DNA of 64,000 nt, taken from contig CBDBIB010000001.1 in NCBI GenBank assembly GCA_965205945.1, positions 32,001 to 96,000 of the forward strand, written 5' to 3'. Below, in pieces: positions 10,721 through 20,852 of the stretch. Under the pieces are notes generated by a model. The model did not search any database, had not been told where the DNA came from, and worked only from the letters and a program-made list of their open reading frames with translations. Each line of letters begins with the position of its first letter. Positions within the stretch are counted from its first letter, which is position 1. Source of the DNA: Bdellovibrionales bacterium. Its GTDB lineage: Bacteria > Bdellovibrionota > Bdellovibrionia > Bdellovibrionales > UBA1609. Position numbers and translations under genes: made by a program.

Positions 10721-11542
10721 GTGAAAAAAAATAGAAAATTAAAACTATTATTTGTAGTGCCTTTAATTGCGTTTATTTTCTCATCTGTTTTTGTGAATGC
10801 AATATCTTGTAGAGATATTTTAAAGACAGAGAATGTAGTTACAGCTAATAGAGCCGATATCATTAAGGATTATGAAGCTTTAGAGGTGATTGCATCATTG
10901 ACACTAGCATTAGAAATTCTAGGAGGTAGGTATACATCTATTCCAAGAATTAAATACAATGAACGAAATGATTATTTGTTTGATAGTTATGATTTTGATA
11001 GAATAAGTAAGGCTGATAAGAATGAAATTATAAATGATCTTCCTAAAAGAATACAAAATATTTTAAAAAAATCAAATATTTTAGGAAAAAATTTTTATAA
11101 AACATTTGAAAAAGATTTTATAGAAGGCCTTTTAATAAGAAATAGAACATGGTCTAAAGAATTTTTTGAAGAAAATTTTAAAGCCATTGTTTTTAATGCA
11201 GTAACAATGCCTAAATTACCTATAAAAGAAAAATTAGTTTTATTTGCAAAAAGAAATGCCAAAGTATCAGTGCCTATATCGTTGGCTATAGGAAGTCTTG
11301 TTGAATTTATTTATCCAAGTATGTTATTTGATCAGTTTTACAAAGAAAATTTACAAACATCTATTGACTATGCATTTGCATTAAAAGCAGCTATTAATGC
11401 AGCGCCTATATATATGACATTTTCATCTTTGCAAATAGGTAAGATAGTAGCTGAAAAAGAAATATTTAATCTTACTGAATATGATTTTGAATTAGGCCGT
11501 CAGATTCGTGAAGACTTTGTGGATGTTACTTTTAAAAATTAA
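10721..11542 (+). CDS. Hypothetical secreted/membrane protein
   Basis: AGGAGG RBS, GTG start, signal peptide ending VNA-ISCRDIL. Confidence 0.75.
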   Translation: MKKNRKLKLLFVVPLIAFIFSSVFVNAISCRDILKTENVVTANRADIIKDYEALEVIASLTLALEILGGRYTSIPRIKYNERNDYLFDSYDFDRISKADKNEIINDLPKRIQNILKKSNILGKNFYKTFEKDFIEGLLIRNRTWSKEFFEENFKAIVFNAVTMPKLPIKEKLVLFAKRNAKVSVPISLAIGSLVEFIYPSMLFDQFYKENLQTSIDYAFALKAAINAAPIYMTFSSLQIGKIVAEKEIFNLTEYDFELGRQIREDFVDVTFKN

Positions 11543-11589
11543 TAGTTTATATAATACTGCTCTACTTAAAAAAAATAGAGGACTTACTA

Positions 11590-12315
11590 CTATAGAATAA
11601 TATCTTTTGCTTTTACTAATGTCCATTTCCCTTCAGGAAGATCGTTTATTTTTAATTTTCCTATTCTAATACGATGAACTCTAGTAGCCCTTAAACCTAC
11701 AAGTTCACACATTCTACGAATTTGTCTTTTTCTTCCTTGATTAAGAATAAAAATCATTTTTGTGTTAGATATCTTAGTAATTTTAGCATGTTTTAATTTT
11801 ATACCATCTAAAATTAGACCAAATCTAAGTTTTCTAAGAGCCTCTTCACTTATTTCACCTGTGACATTTATTTCATATTCTTTATCTATTAGAGTGTCTT
11901 TACCTATTATTTTTTTAGCTAAAACTCCACTTTGTGAGTATAAAATAAGTCCTGTTGAATCAATATCTAATCTGCCAAGTGGGGCAAGCTCTCTTCTTTG
12001 GATATGTTTATAGTTTTTACCAAAATAATTTTTTTTTCGAATGAGTTCTAAAGCTGAAATATAGTTTTCTTCAGGTTGACTTGAGACATAGTTTCTAGGT
12101 TTATTAAGAGCTATTGTTATTTTATCACCTAAAAGCTTTTTTCCTCTTTTTAAAATTTCAATACTACATTCAGGACTCACTTTAAAGCCAAGTTCACTAA
12201 TAAGTTTGCCATTAACTTTGACAAGTCCTTCTTCTATGAGTTTATCAGCCTCTCTTCTAGAGCAAAATCCTCTAGTCCCCATTAATTTAGAAAGTCTTAG
12301 TTTGCTATTGATCAT
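11590..12315 (-). CDS. rRNA pseudouridine synthase, RsuA/RluB/RluF family
   Basis: S4 domain (CSRREAD..I..G.V.VNG), NKP, GRLDxDSTG, GRKRQIRRM. Confidence 0.92.
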   Translation of the reverse strand: MINSKLRLSKLMGTRGFCSRREADKLIEEGLVKVNGKLISELGFKVSPECSIEILKRGKKLLGDKITIALNKPRNYVSSQPEENYISALELIRKKNYFGKNYKHIQRRELAPLGRLDIDSTGLILYSQSGVLAKKIIGKDTLIDKEYEINVTGEISEEALRKLRFGLILDGIKLKHAKITKISNTKMIFILNQGRKRQIRRMCELVGLRATRVHRIRIGKLKINDLPEGKWTLVKAKDIIL

Positions 12316-12323
12316 ATGTTTTT

Positions 12324-13055
12324 CTAACTCTTAAGTAATATTCCACCATCAACATTAATAATAGCTCCTGTTGTCCAATCCGACTCACCTAAAAGATGTA
12401 TAACCATTTTTGCTATATCAACAGGTTCTCCAACACGGCCTAAAGGCTGCATATCTTTAAACATCTTTTTCCATTCAGATAAAGGTTTTTTATTTTTATG
12501 ATGAATAGGGGTGTTTATAATTCCAGGACAAATAGAGTTTACACGTATGCCTGAATCAGCAAACTCTAGGGCCATAGTAAGTGTTAAATTGTTCATAGCT
12601 GCTTTTGAAGCTGAATAAGCTGCTGTATTAGAAATAGGTTTTATTCCTAAAGTTGAAGAGATATTTATAATAGCGCCCTTATATTCTTTAAGCTCTTTAA
12701 AAAATTCTTGAGATAGATAAACTGCGCTTAAAACATTTGTTTTAAATTGGTCTAACCAGTTACTAGTTTTAGAGTCTAGAAATGATTTTGGAGTATAAAT
12801 ACCAGCATTATTTACAACACCTAAAAGTTTTCCTTTAGGAAGTTTTTTAAATTCATCTCTTAATTTTTTTTTAGATGTTTCTTCAGATAAATCTATTGAA
12901 ACATAAGGACAATCAAAAAGTTTTTTAGAGGCTTTTATTAGTAACTCTAAACGTCTTCCTAAGAGAATTGGAGTCCATTTTTTTTTAATACAAAGTTTTG
13001 CTATTTCAAAACCGATACCTGAGCCGCCACCACTAATATAAACGTAAGCATTCAT
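12324..13055 (-). CDS. SDR family NAD(P)-dependent oxidoreductase
   Basis: SGGGSGIG, NNAG, YSASK, VNSICPG, VDGG motifs. Confidence 0.92.
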   Translation of the reverse strand: MNAYVYISGGGSGIGFEIAKLCIKKKWTPILLGRRLELLIKASKKLFDCPYVSIDLSEETSKKKLRDEFKKLPKGKLLGVVNNAGIYTPKSFLDSKTSNWLDQFKTNVLSAVYLSQEFFKELKEYKGAIINISSTLGIKPISNTAAYSASKAAMNNLTLTMALEFADSGIRVNSICPGIINTPIHHKNKKPLSEWKKMFKDMQPLGRVGEPVDIAKMVIHLLGESDWTTGAIINVDGGILLKS

Positions 13056-14506
13056 AAATTAAGGTTCCTCTTTTTTTTAAGGTTTTCTAAGCCAAATTGC
13101 CCTAACATATTTATATAGTAACCTGAGTAGTCTTTTGCATGCAAATGTGCAAAAAAAGGCATTCCTAAAGGCAGCCAAATGTATTGCTTTAATATGTTTT
13201 TAAAATATTTATCACATGAAAGGTTTGAATTTACTCTTACTCCTTTAAACTCAGGTTGTTTTTTAATGGACTCAATGGCTTCAACACAAGTTAGATTTTT
13301 TAAAATTATAGATTTTCTATAAACAGAAAGCTTATTTTTTAAAATACTTTCATAAAAAATGCCCGTTTCTAATTGCTTAATTTGAAGATTTATTCCTAAA
13401 TGTTTTTTCCAATTTTCTTTTGCCCATTGTGCAAGTATTTTATGCTCATTGGAGGAAATATTTGGAATATAAAGATTTATTTTTTTAGCTACATTTTTTA
13501 CCTTATTAAGATATTCTTTAGCTTTTTTTAAATCTAAATCATAACAAGCAAGCTTAGTTTTGAAAAAGAAAGATGGCAATGAGATACAGCCGGGTAGGGA
13601 AGGGCTTGAGAATATTTTTTTGAGTCCTTTATAATCAAGGCTATGAAAAAGAGCTTTTCTTAAAGATTTATCTTTTATGTGGTCAGGGTTAAAGAAAATT
13701 CCATCAAGTCTTGCAAAAGGCGCCATATAACGATTAGGGTACATGGGAATGTGTGAAGATTCTAAGTATCTAAGAAAGTCTATTCTTTTAGTATTGTATA
13801 TATTTAATGCTGTATTGGGATCATCAATAAATATTGCGTCAACCAAAGGTCTTTTCTTATCATCATAATAATTATTATTAGCAAGACTTATCTTTGAAGT
13901 TGTTAAATCTATAGCCCTATAAGGGCCAGAGAAAACTTGATGTAAAATTTTTTGATATAATTTTTCTTCTTTTCTAGGTGTAAAGTAAATATGAGTAAGT
14001 TCATGCATGAACTTAATATTTTTTCTTTTTAAGTAAAATATTAAGTTTCCATTGATTGTTTCTATTTTTTTAATATTACTTAAAAACTCTTCACTTTCTT
14101 CTTTTTCTTTTTTAATAAGATTATATGTATTAATATAATGCTTAGATGTGATAAGATCACCATTACTCCATTTTTTAGGATTGAGTTCACAATAAAGCTC
14201 AATGTTTGATTTCCATTTACATTTTTTAGCCCCATGAGCGGTTAACTTATTATCTTTATTATAATAGAATAAACCTCTGTGAAGATTGAATAATAAAAAT
14301 CTTTTAGCTAGTCCTCTAACTAAAAGCGGATCAAGGCTGTGTATTTGAACAGGAAGGTTAAATTTAAAACTCTTAGTTTGCTTGTTAGCATATTTTTTTG
14401 TACAACTACTAAAAAGCAACATGAGACTAAGTGCACTCTTCGTGATTAGAAACTTGAAACCCAATTGTTTTTCTTGCTTTTGCTGGCTGTAAGACTTCAG
14501 TTCCAT
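13052..14506 (-). CDS. ABC transporter peptide-binding lipoprotein (OppA/family 5); real start probably slightly downstream
   Basis: Lipobox LFSSC, SLDP, KWSNG..IT, SGPY, LRKAL, WKKHLGI motifs. Confidence 0.8.
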   Translation of the reverse strand: MELKSYSQQKQEKQLGFKFLITKSALSLMLLFSSCTKKYANKQTKSFKFNLPVQIHSLDPLLVRGLAKRFLLFNLHRGLFYYNKDNKLTAHGAKKCKWKSNIELYCELNPKKWSNGDLITSKHYINTYNLIKKEKEESEEFLSNIKKIETINGNLIFYLKRKNIKFMHELTHIYFTPRKEEKLYQKILHQVFSGPYRAIDLTTSKISLANNNYYDDKKRPLVDAIFIDDPNTALNIYNTKRIDFLRYLESSHIPMYPNRYMAPFARLDGIFFNPDHIKDKSLRKALFHSLDYKGLKKIFSSPSLPGCISLPSFFFKTKLACYDLDLKKAKEYLNKVKNVAKKINLYIPNISSNEHKILAQWAKENWKKHLGINLQIKQLETGIFYESILKNKLSVYRKSIILKNLTCVEAIESIKKQPEFKGVRVNSNLSCDKYFKNILKQYIWLPLGMPFFAHLHAKDYSGYYINMLGQFGLENLKKKRNLNL

Positions 14507-14981
14507 CTATTTTTTTACCTATAAGTTCTAGTTGAAGTGTGTGTAGTTTACATAATCCACTTACAATTAGTTGGACTCGCAGTTGAACATGAAACTTACC
14601 TCGCTTACAAGAACCTAAATTAAATGAATTTGAAAAGCCATCCAATGAAGTTTTAGCAATAATAAAAGCTAAATCCAAGCCTCCTTCATTACAAAGACCG
14701 GACACATCAAAGCAAAAGTTATTTGAACCTGTTATTAAAGCTCCTGTAATATCTCTATTTGAATTTCCGTTACAATCACCATTTGCTGAAAGTGTAATTA
14801 TAGGGTTAGGAGTTTGAATAATGAGTTCTAAATTTATATTAGAGTCATCAACTAAACAGTATTGCCCGTCACTTTCTTCACAATTGTTAGTTTCGGTTTG
14901 AGAAAGATTAGTACCTTGCTCATCAATGACGCATGTTGTAAGTAATAGTAAAACTGGCAAGTAGAGTAGTGTTCTTCTCAT
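14427..14981 (-). CDS. Hypothetical Cys-rich lipoprotein
   Basis: Start re-assigned to ATG 14981 (MRRTLLYLPVLLLLTTC), 6 nt below a sigma-28-like -10 box. Confidence 0.7.
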   Translation of the reverse strand: MRRTLLYLPVLLLLTTCVIDEQGTNLSQTETNNCEESDGQYCLVDDSNINLELIIQTPNPIITLSANGDCNGNSNRDITGALITGSNNFCFDVSGLCNEGGLDLAFIIAKTSLDGFSNSFNLGSCKRGKFHVQLRVQLIVSGLCKLHTLQLELIGKKIDGTEVLQPAKARKTIGFQVSNHEECT

Positions 14982-14987
14982 ATCAAT

Positions 14988-15015
14988 ATATCGGTCAAAC
15001 ATCTTCCAGTCTTTA
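14988..15015 (-). promoter_or_regulatory. Sigma-28 (FliA)-like promoter
   Basis: TAAAG-N15-ACCGATAT-N6-ATG. Confidence 0.55.
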
Positions 15016-15030
15016 ACCCTGGATTAAGAC

Positions 15031-16323
15031 TTAAAGACCATCTGGATCATAAAGAACATTTATTTCAGAACCTTGGGCGGGGATACTTGTACCGTGAAAT
15101 ACGATACTATTTTTAGATGGGATATAAGTCCAACCATTGTTTATATTTTGAGGTAAAATTGTAGGGACTATTTTTCCTGGACTTTTAACTGAAACTTGAA
15201 GCTTATTTGAGTCTTCAGGGATGCGTGTTAAAGAAAACTCAACTGTTTTTTCAATTATTGTCTTAGCTATATTACTTAAACTTTCTGAAAAATCCCCACA
15301 AATAGAGGCTTTAACTCCCCCTGATAAGTCAGAGAGTTTTATATATCTTGTTCCTATTCCGTCGTCGCCTGGACCACCATATAAATCATCACGACAGGTA
15401 TTATCGTCAAGCCTTGCTATTGTATGAAAGGAATAACCGTATATGGGACTTACAAGTTTTGTAAGAAAATCATGGTAATTTATTACAGGAACATTGTTTA
15501 TTACTGCTGGTAGTTCTTGCGATCCATTTTGAAGATTTCCTTCAATTTGATCTTCTTCATCAGAAACTACAATTATCGCTAAGTGAGCATCTGGTCTAGG
15601 AAAATTAAACTCTTTGTTTGCTGGAGTATTTAAAGCAGTTTGAATACTGTTTAAACCACTTTCATAAGGAACACCCGTTATTCCAACATTTGAATTGATT
15701 GCAAAAATATTTTTTACATTATTTGGAATATAGTCAGCATGACCAATTTCATAGACAGTATTATTTAAAGGATCATCGTACAATTTAAAGTCAATGGTGT
15801 CATCAGAACTGTCAATTAAATGGTATCCTGACAGTATATGTTCTTCTGAGACTTGGCGACAATCGATTGTAGAATTATTATTATTACTACTTAAAAGTTG
15901 CTTGCAGTTTTTTATTAAATCACCGTCAACAAATTTAGATGTCAAATACGAGGGGTCTTCGTTCCTATTTATAGCTATATAATCCATATAAGGAGTTATT
16001 TCTTCTAGATTATATAGTATAGACTCTGTTTGAGGATCCGTGTAATAAGCGTCTGTAGTGGTCACAGCTATTCTATAATCATAACCTTTTTTAATAAAGT
16101 CTGTTATAAAAGAATTAAAATTTTCTCTTAAGTGTTGTTGATTATCCTCCATTGATTCAGAGTTATCAATAACCCATAAAATATCCATTTTAGCGGTAAT
16201 AATCCTATTTTCTTGTTGTTGAAAGCTATCTAATGATGGAAGTGTTGAAATAGAAGGGGGGCGATTACATCCAAGAAGTAAGATTATTACTAGTAAAATA
16301 TTTATAAGGATTTTTTTAATCAT
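15031..16323 (-). CDS. vWA-domain lipoprotein, paralog 1
   Basis: Lipobox LLLGC, MIDAS DILWVIDNSESM, DYRIAVTTTD, SDEEDQ, C-terminal small beta domain (NGWTY..NSIVFHG). Confidence 0.85.
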   Translation of the reverse strand: MIKKILINILLVIILLLGCNRPPSISTLPSLDSFQQQENRIITAKMDILWVIDNSESMEDNQQHLRENFNSFITDFIKKGYDYRIAVTTTDAYYTDPQTESILYNLEEITPYMDYIAINRNEDPSYLTSKFVDGDLIKNCKQLLSSNNNNSTIDCRQVSEEHILSGYHLIDSSDDTIDFKLYDDPLNNTVYEIGHADYIPNNVKNIFAINSNVGITGVPYESGLNSIQTALNTPANKEFNFPRPDAHLAIIVVSDEEDQIEGNLQNGSQELPAVINNVPVINYHDFLTKLVSPIYGYSFHTIARLDDNTCRDDLYGGPGDDGIGTRYIKLSDLSGGVKASICGDFSESLSNIAKTIIEKTVEFSLTRIPEDSNKLQVSVKSPGKIVPTILPQNINNGWTYIPSKNSIVFHGTSIPAQGSEINVLYDPDGL

Positions 16324-16329
16324 ACTAGA

Positions 16330-16356
16330 CCTTCGGTTTAAACATTTTAAGACTTA
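16330..16356 (-). promoter_or_regulatory. Sigma-28-like promoter of vWA paralog 1
   Basis: TAAG-N15-ACCGAAGG-N6-ATG. Confidence 0.5.
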
Positions 16357-16406
16357 ATTAATTTAAAAAGGTCTGAATTGACCCATTATTAAGATACTGA
16401 GAGACT

Positions 16407-16860
16407 GTGTGGCGTTTTATGAGGCTCTCACTTGGTCTAGACTCTAGACCAAGTATGAAACACCAAGAAGTTGATAATTACCTAATAGCCGTACTGTCTA
16501 CATATAAGACAGCTTGTAGAGTTGAAAAAGGAAAGCTCTTAGGTCATGGAGAGCTGATCACTAAAAGATCCAGGAAGCACCTAATTAAAAGATTAAAGGA
16601 GCTAAAGACAAATAAGGGACTGCCAATCACGAAAAGATTAGGAGACCACTTATGTACTTAAGAACTGAGCTCATTTCCTACATCAAGTTTTTGTGGATGC
16701 AAATGGAGAAGATCTCAGTAAAGCCCATGAAGGCAGCAGTGCCTCATTGGCTCCCAAAATATAAAGGCTGTTCTGCACATTTAAAGTTGCAGCTCTCAAT
16801 GATGAGTGCCACAACACTAGGACGATACTTAAAAGACATTAGAGCAAGCGACACAGCGGG
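16407..16860 (+). pseudogene. Truncated, frameshifted transposase N-terminus (ISNCY/IS481-like DDE-integrase type)
   Basis: Two overlapping ORFs give Y..A.R.EKG.LL......T.RSRKHLI.RL then LW.......K.MK...P.WL......L..MSATT..RYL, matching the HTH N-terminus of these transposases. GC is higher than the flanks and there is no catalytic domain. Confidence 0.65.
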
Positions 16861-16936
16861 TATATTTTATTTTTTTAGCATTTTTTTTTTATAATATCTC
16901 AGGTATCTTCTATTGAACTTTTACTTTAATTAAAAT

Positions 16937-18058
16937 TTAAAGACCATCTGGATCATAAAGAACATTTATTTTAGAACCTTGAACAGGTATGCCCGTACCA
17001 TGAAAAACAATACTATTTGCAGGTGGATTATAAGTCCAACCATTGTTTATATCTTGAGGTAAAATTGTAGGGACTATTTTTCCTGGACTTTTAACTGAAA
17101 CTTGAAGCTTATTTGAGTTTTCAGGGATGCGTGTTAAAGAAAACTCAACTGTTTTTTCAATTATTGTCTTAGCTATATTACTTAAACTTTCTGAAAAATC
17201 CCCACAAATAGAGGCTTTAACTCCCCCTGATAAGTCAGAGAGTTTTATATATCTTGTTCCTATTCCGTCGCTTGGACCATGTGAATCATCACCACAGGTT
17301 TCGTCAATTTTTGCTATTGTATGAAATGAATAACCGTATATGGGACTTACAAGTTTTGTAAGAAAATCATGGTAATTTATTACAGGAACATTGTTTATTA
17401 CTGCTGGTAGTTCTTGCGATCCATTTTGAAGATTTCCTTCAATTTGATCTTCTTCATCAGAAACTACAATTATCGCTAAGTGAGCATCTGGTCTAGGAAA
17501 ATTAAACTCTTTGTTTGCTGGAGTATTTAAAGCAGTTTGAATACTGTTTAAACCACTTTCATAAGGAACACCCATTATTCCAACATTTGAATTGATTGCA
17601 AAAATATTTTTTACATTATTTGGAATATAGTCAGCATGACCAATTTCATAGACAGTATTATTTAAAGGATCATCGTACAATTGAAAGTCAATGGTGTCAT
17701 CAGAACTGTCAATTAAACGATACCCTGATCGTATATTTTTTCTTAAATCACCATCAACAAATTTAGATTTTATACCAGTATGGTAAGCATCTGTAGTAAT
17801 CACAGCTATTCTGTAATCATAATCTTTTTTAATAAAGTTTGTTATGAAAGAATTAAAATTTTCTCTTAAGTGTTGTTGCTCATCTTCCATTGATCTAGAG
17901 TTATCAATAACCCATAAAATATCCATTTTAGCTGCAGTCCTATTTTCTTGTTGTTGAAAGCTATCTAATGACGAAAGTACTGAAATAGAAGGAGGGCTAT
18001 TACATCCAAGAAGCAAGACTATCATTAGTAAAATATCTACAGGTATTTTTTTAATCAC
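16937..18058 (-). CDS. vWA-domain lipoprotein, paralog 2
   Basis: Same architecture (LLLGC, DILWVIDNSRSM). Long stretches are near-identical in DNA to paralog 1. GTG start. Confidence 0.85.
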   Translation of the reverse strand: MIKKIPVDILLMIVLLLGCNSPPSISVLSSLDSFQQQENRTAAKMDILWVIDNSRSMEDEQQHLRENFNSFITNFIKKDYDYRIAVITTDAYHTGIKSKFVDGDLRKNIRSGYRLIDSSDDTIDFQLYDDPLNNTVYEIGHADYIPNNVKNIFAINSNVGIMGVPYESGLNSIQTALNTPANKEFNFPRPDAHLAIIVVSDEEDQIEGNLQNGSQELPAVINNVPVINYHDFLTKLVSPIYGYSFHTIAKIDETCGDDSHGPSDGIGTRYIKLSDLSGGVKASICGDFSESLSNIAKTIIEKTVEFSLTRIPENSNKLQVSVKSPGKIVPTILPQDINNGWTYNPPANSIVFHGTGIPVQGSKINVLYDPDGL

Positions 18059-18064
18059 ACTAGA

Positions 18065-18090
18065 CTTTCGGTCTAATATTTTAAGACTTA
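18065..18090 (-). promoter_or_regulatory. Sigma-28-like promoter of vWA paralog 2
   Basis: TAAG-N14-ACCGAAAG-N6-GTG. Confidence 0.45.
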
Positions 18091-18416
18091 ATTAATTTAA
18101 AAATAAGGTATTTCTTGTAAATACTTAAAATTACTTAAAATTATTTAATTTTTGTATTATAGTATCAAATTTAATTAAAATAAGATCTCAAATTTAAACA
18201 AAGCTTTTTATTAAATATAAGTATATTGTTAAAGATTTAAAATAAATATTATTAAAGTGTTGTCTTTTATGTAGATTCATAGGGGGATCTGTAAAAGGTC
18301 TAAAGAAAAAATTAATCAATAATACTTAGAGCTAGGGTTTTGTTTAGATTTAAATAGCATATTTTTTTCTATAGTTTTTAAATATTTTTGAGTGATCTTT
18401 TGTTTTGAATAAAAAT

Positions 18417-19691
18417 TTAAAGACCATTTGAGTCATAAAGGATATTTATTTCAGAGTCTTGGGCGGGAATACTTGTACCGTGAAATACAATACTATTTGC
18501 AGATGGATTATAAGTCCAACCATTATCTACGTTCTGAGGTAAAATTGTAGGGGTTATTTCTCCTGGATTTTTAACTGAAACTTGAAGCCTGTTTGGGTTC
18601 ACAGGAATATTTTTTAAAGGAAATTCAACTGTTTTTTCAATGATTATTTGAGCTATATTACTCAAACTTTCTGCAAAGTTGTCACAAATAGAGATTGCAA
18701 TTCCTCCTGATAAATCAGCAAGTGCTATATATCTATATCCTATTTGTGGATCCTTTTGTGACTGTTGATCTTCCATAGCTATATTAGGGCATTGAGCATT
18801 ATTAAATTTTACTATTGCATAAAATGAATAACCATATGTAGGATTTGCTTTTTGTTTAAGAATATTATTGTAATAATTCTCATCTTTAGGATTTTGTATA
18901 CGGTTATTTTCTTCGTTCTGGATTTGATCTTCTTCATCAGAAACTACAATTATCGCTAAGTGAGCATCTGGTCTAGGAAAATTAAACTCTTTGTTTGCTG
19001 GAGTATTTAAAGCAGTTTGAATACTACTTAAACCACTTTCAGCACCAAAACCTCTAGTTCCAACATTTGAATTGACTGCAAAAATATTTTTTACATTATT
19101 GCGAATATAGTCAGCATGACCAATTTCATAGACAGTATTATTTAAAGGATCATCGTACAATTTAAAGTCAATGGTGTTATCAGAACTGTCAATTAAATGA
19201 TACCCTGATCGTGTGTCTTCTGTGTCTTTTGTTAAATCACCATCAACAAATTTAGATGTTACATACCTGTCATATGGAACTTCATTATCTTCATTATTAC
19301 GATACTGGATGGTAAAATCAGTATAAGGACCTGTTTGTGCTGTTATTACTGGATGTTCAGCAGCCTTGGGATCTTTGGCATTATACACTTCACTATATTT
19401 TCCAGTCTCTGTGTAATAAGCATCTGTGGTGATCACAGCTATTCTATAGTCATAACCTTTTCCAATAAAGCTTGTTATAAAAGAATTAAAATTTTCTTTT
19501 AAGGCCTTTTGTTCATCATCCATTGATCTAGAGTTATCAATAACCCATAAAATATCCATTTTAGCTGTGATCTTATTACCTTGCTGTTGAAAAGTGTCTA
19601 ATAATGGAAGTACTGAAATAGAAGGAGGGCCACTACATCCAAGAAATAACGTTATCACAACTAAAATATTTAAAGAGATTTTTTTAATCAT
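18417..19691 (-). CDS. vWA-domain lipoprotein, paralog 3
   Basis: LFLGC lipobox, DILWVIDNSRSM, SDEEDQ. Most divergent of the four. Confidence 0.85.
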   Translation of the reverse strand: MIKKISLNILVVITLFLGCSGPPSISVLPLLDTFQQQGNKITAKMDILWVIDNSRSMDDEQKALKENFNSFITSFIGKGYDYRIAVITTDAYYTETGKYSEVYNAKDPKAAEHPVITAQTGPYTDFTIQYRNNEDNEVPYDRYVTSKFVDGDLTKDTEDTRSGYHLIDSSDNTIDFKLYDDPLNNTVYEIGHADYIRNNVKNIFAVNSNVGTRGFGAESGLSSIQTALNTPANKEFNFPRPDAHLAIIVVSDEEDQIQNEENNRIQNPKDENYYNNILKQKANPTYGYSFYAIVKFNNAQCPNIAMEDQQSQKDPQIGYRYIALADLSGGIAISICDNFAESLSNIAQIIIEKTVEFPLKNIPVNPNRLQVSVKNPGEITPTILPQNVDNGWTYNPSANSIVFHGTSIPAQDSEINILYDSNGL

Positions 19692-19697
19692 AGGAGA

Positions 19698-19724
19698 CTA
19701 TCGGCTTGAGTATTTTGAGGTTTA
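19698..19724 (-). promoter_or_regulatory. Near-consensus sigma-28 promoter of vWA paralog 3
   Basis: TAAA-N15-GCCGATAG-N6-ATG (consensus TAAA-N15-GCCGATAA). Confidence 0.7.
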
Positions 19725-19984
19725 GTTTTATCTAAAAGTTAGACAATTTAAAATACTTTTTATAAGTACTTTAAATTATTATTATTTTTTTAATAGCATT
19801 AAATTCAAACCCAATAAAGCTTAAAAATAAGACATAATTTTCAAAAAGATGTATTATATTTAGGCGAATATTTGTTAAAAATTAAGAAAAGTACTACTAA
19901 AGTGTTATCTGCTATATAAATTAATACGAAAATCCTAGAAGATTTGAGAAATAGGTTTAACTTATCGCATCACCCTCAGAGCTA

Positions 19985-20136
19985 AAGTCCTGTATAGTTT
20001 TGCTTGGATGGAGAGCAGGACCTTTAAAGAAGTCCTTGCGTTTATAAAGTATAGTTTTATACAATTTAATTTGTGGGGGGGCGATGTTGACCAAGAGGCC
20101 ACTTAGAAGCAGGATGCTTCACATCGCCTTTTTTTT
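19985..20136 (+). ncRNA. Candidate small RNA with GGA-loop hairpins and intrinsic terminator
   Basis: GC-rich structured patch in an AT-rich intergenic region: GTCCTG..CAGGAC, GAAGCA-GGA-TGCTTC, and GGCGATGT(20080-87)/ACATCGCC(20121-28) followed by T8. No + strand gene upstream. The 5' end is a guess. Confidence 0.35.
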
Positions 20137-20151
20137 ATGTGTAACAAAAAC

Positions 20152-20784
20152 CTAGATTTTACATTTAATAAGATCTTCTAGTTTATCAACATTAGCTATT
20201 TTTAAGAGTTCTTTTCTAACTTTAGCAATGTTTTTAGAATCTGTAAGGTCAACATTTTTTAAAGATTCTTGCATTTTAGTAATATTTTTAAAAGAGGTTT
20301 CTTTACCAGTTTTAACAGCTTCACTAATAAGCTTTAAAATTACTTCATTTGCTTGGATTAACTCGAAGGCCTCTTTAGATAAAACAGTCTTACTGCCAGC
20401 TTTAGCTTTTGTCATTGCACCATTAAATTTTTCTAAGGAATTTGATACTTCCTTAAGAGCAGATTCAATTTTAGGTTTTAAAAGAATAACTCTTACCTCG
20501 TCAACTCCCAGGGTTTTTCCCAAGTTTTCTAAGGATTTAGAAAATTCTGAGGCTTTATTATTACTTGAAAACGCCACATCTGCTTTTACAGCACTTTTAA
20601 AAATATTATTTGCTGATATTAAAGCAGTCTTAAAATCTCTTTTTGCATTTTCAGTAAGCTTTGTTGCTTCATTTTTAGTTTTATCTGCGTTTAAATTTTT
20701 ATTAGCACGATTACCTCTTCCAGCAAAAGATGTTGTTGCAAATCCAATTATAAACATAGCTATTAAAGTCCTGTTGTATTTCAT
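20152..20784 (-). CDS. Hypothetical secreted helical protein
   Basis: AGGAG RBS, signal peptide ending TSFA, Lys/Ala-rich coiled-coil-like body. Confidence 0.8.
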   Translation of the reverse strand: MKYNRTLIAMFIIGFATTSFAGRGNRANKNLNADKTKNEATKLTENAKRDFKTALISANNIFKSAVKADVAFSSNNKASEFSKSLENLGKTLGVDEVRVILLKPKIESALKEVSNSLEKFNGAMTKAKAGSKTVLSKEAFELIQANEVILKLISEAVKTGKETSFKNITKMQESLKNVDLTDSKNIAKVRKELLKIANVDKLEDLIKCKI

Positions 20785-20852
20785 TTTAAGTGGCTCCTAT
20801 TAGTTAGGTTAAGTATTAAAGGTAATGTTTTATTTATAAAATTCTGCCGAGT

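Noticed and set aside
14545..14572. Additional dif-like site (TTATGTAAACT on the minus strand)
   Set aside because: Only the XerD arm matches, there is no ATAA-ending XerC arm at 6-bp spacing, and it lies inside a CDS.
20228..20803. 191-aa + strand ORF
   Set aside because: Antisense shadow of the 20152-20784 gene, which has an RBS and signal peptide.
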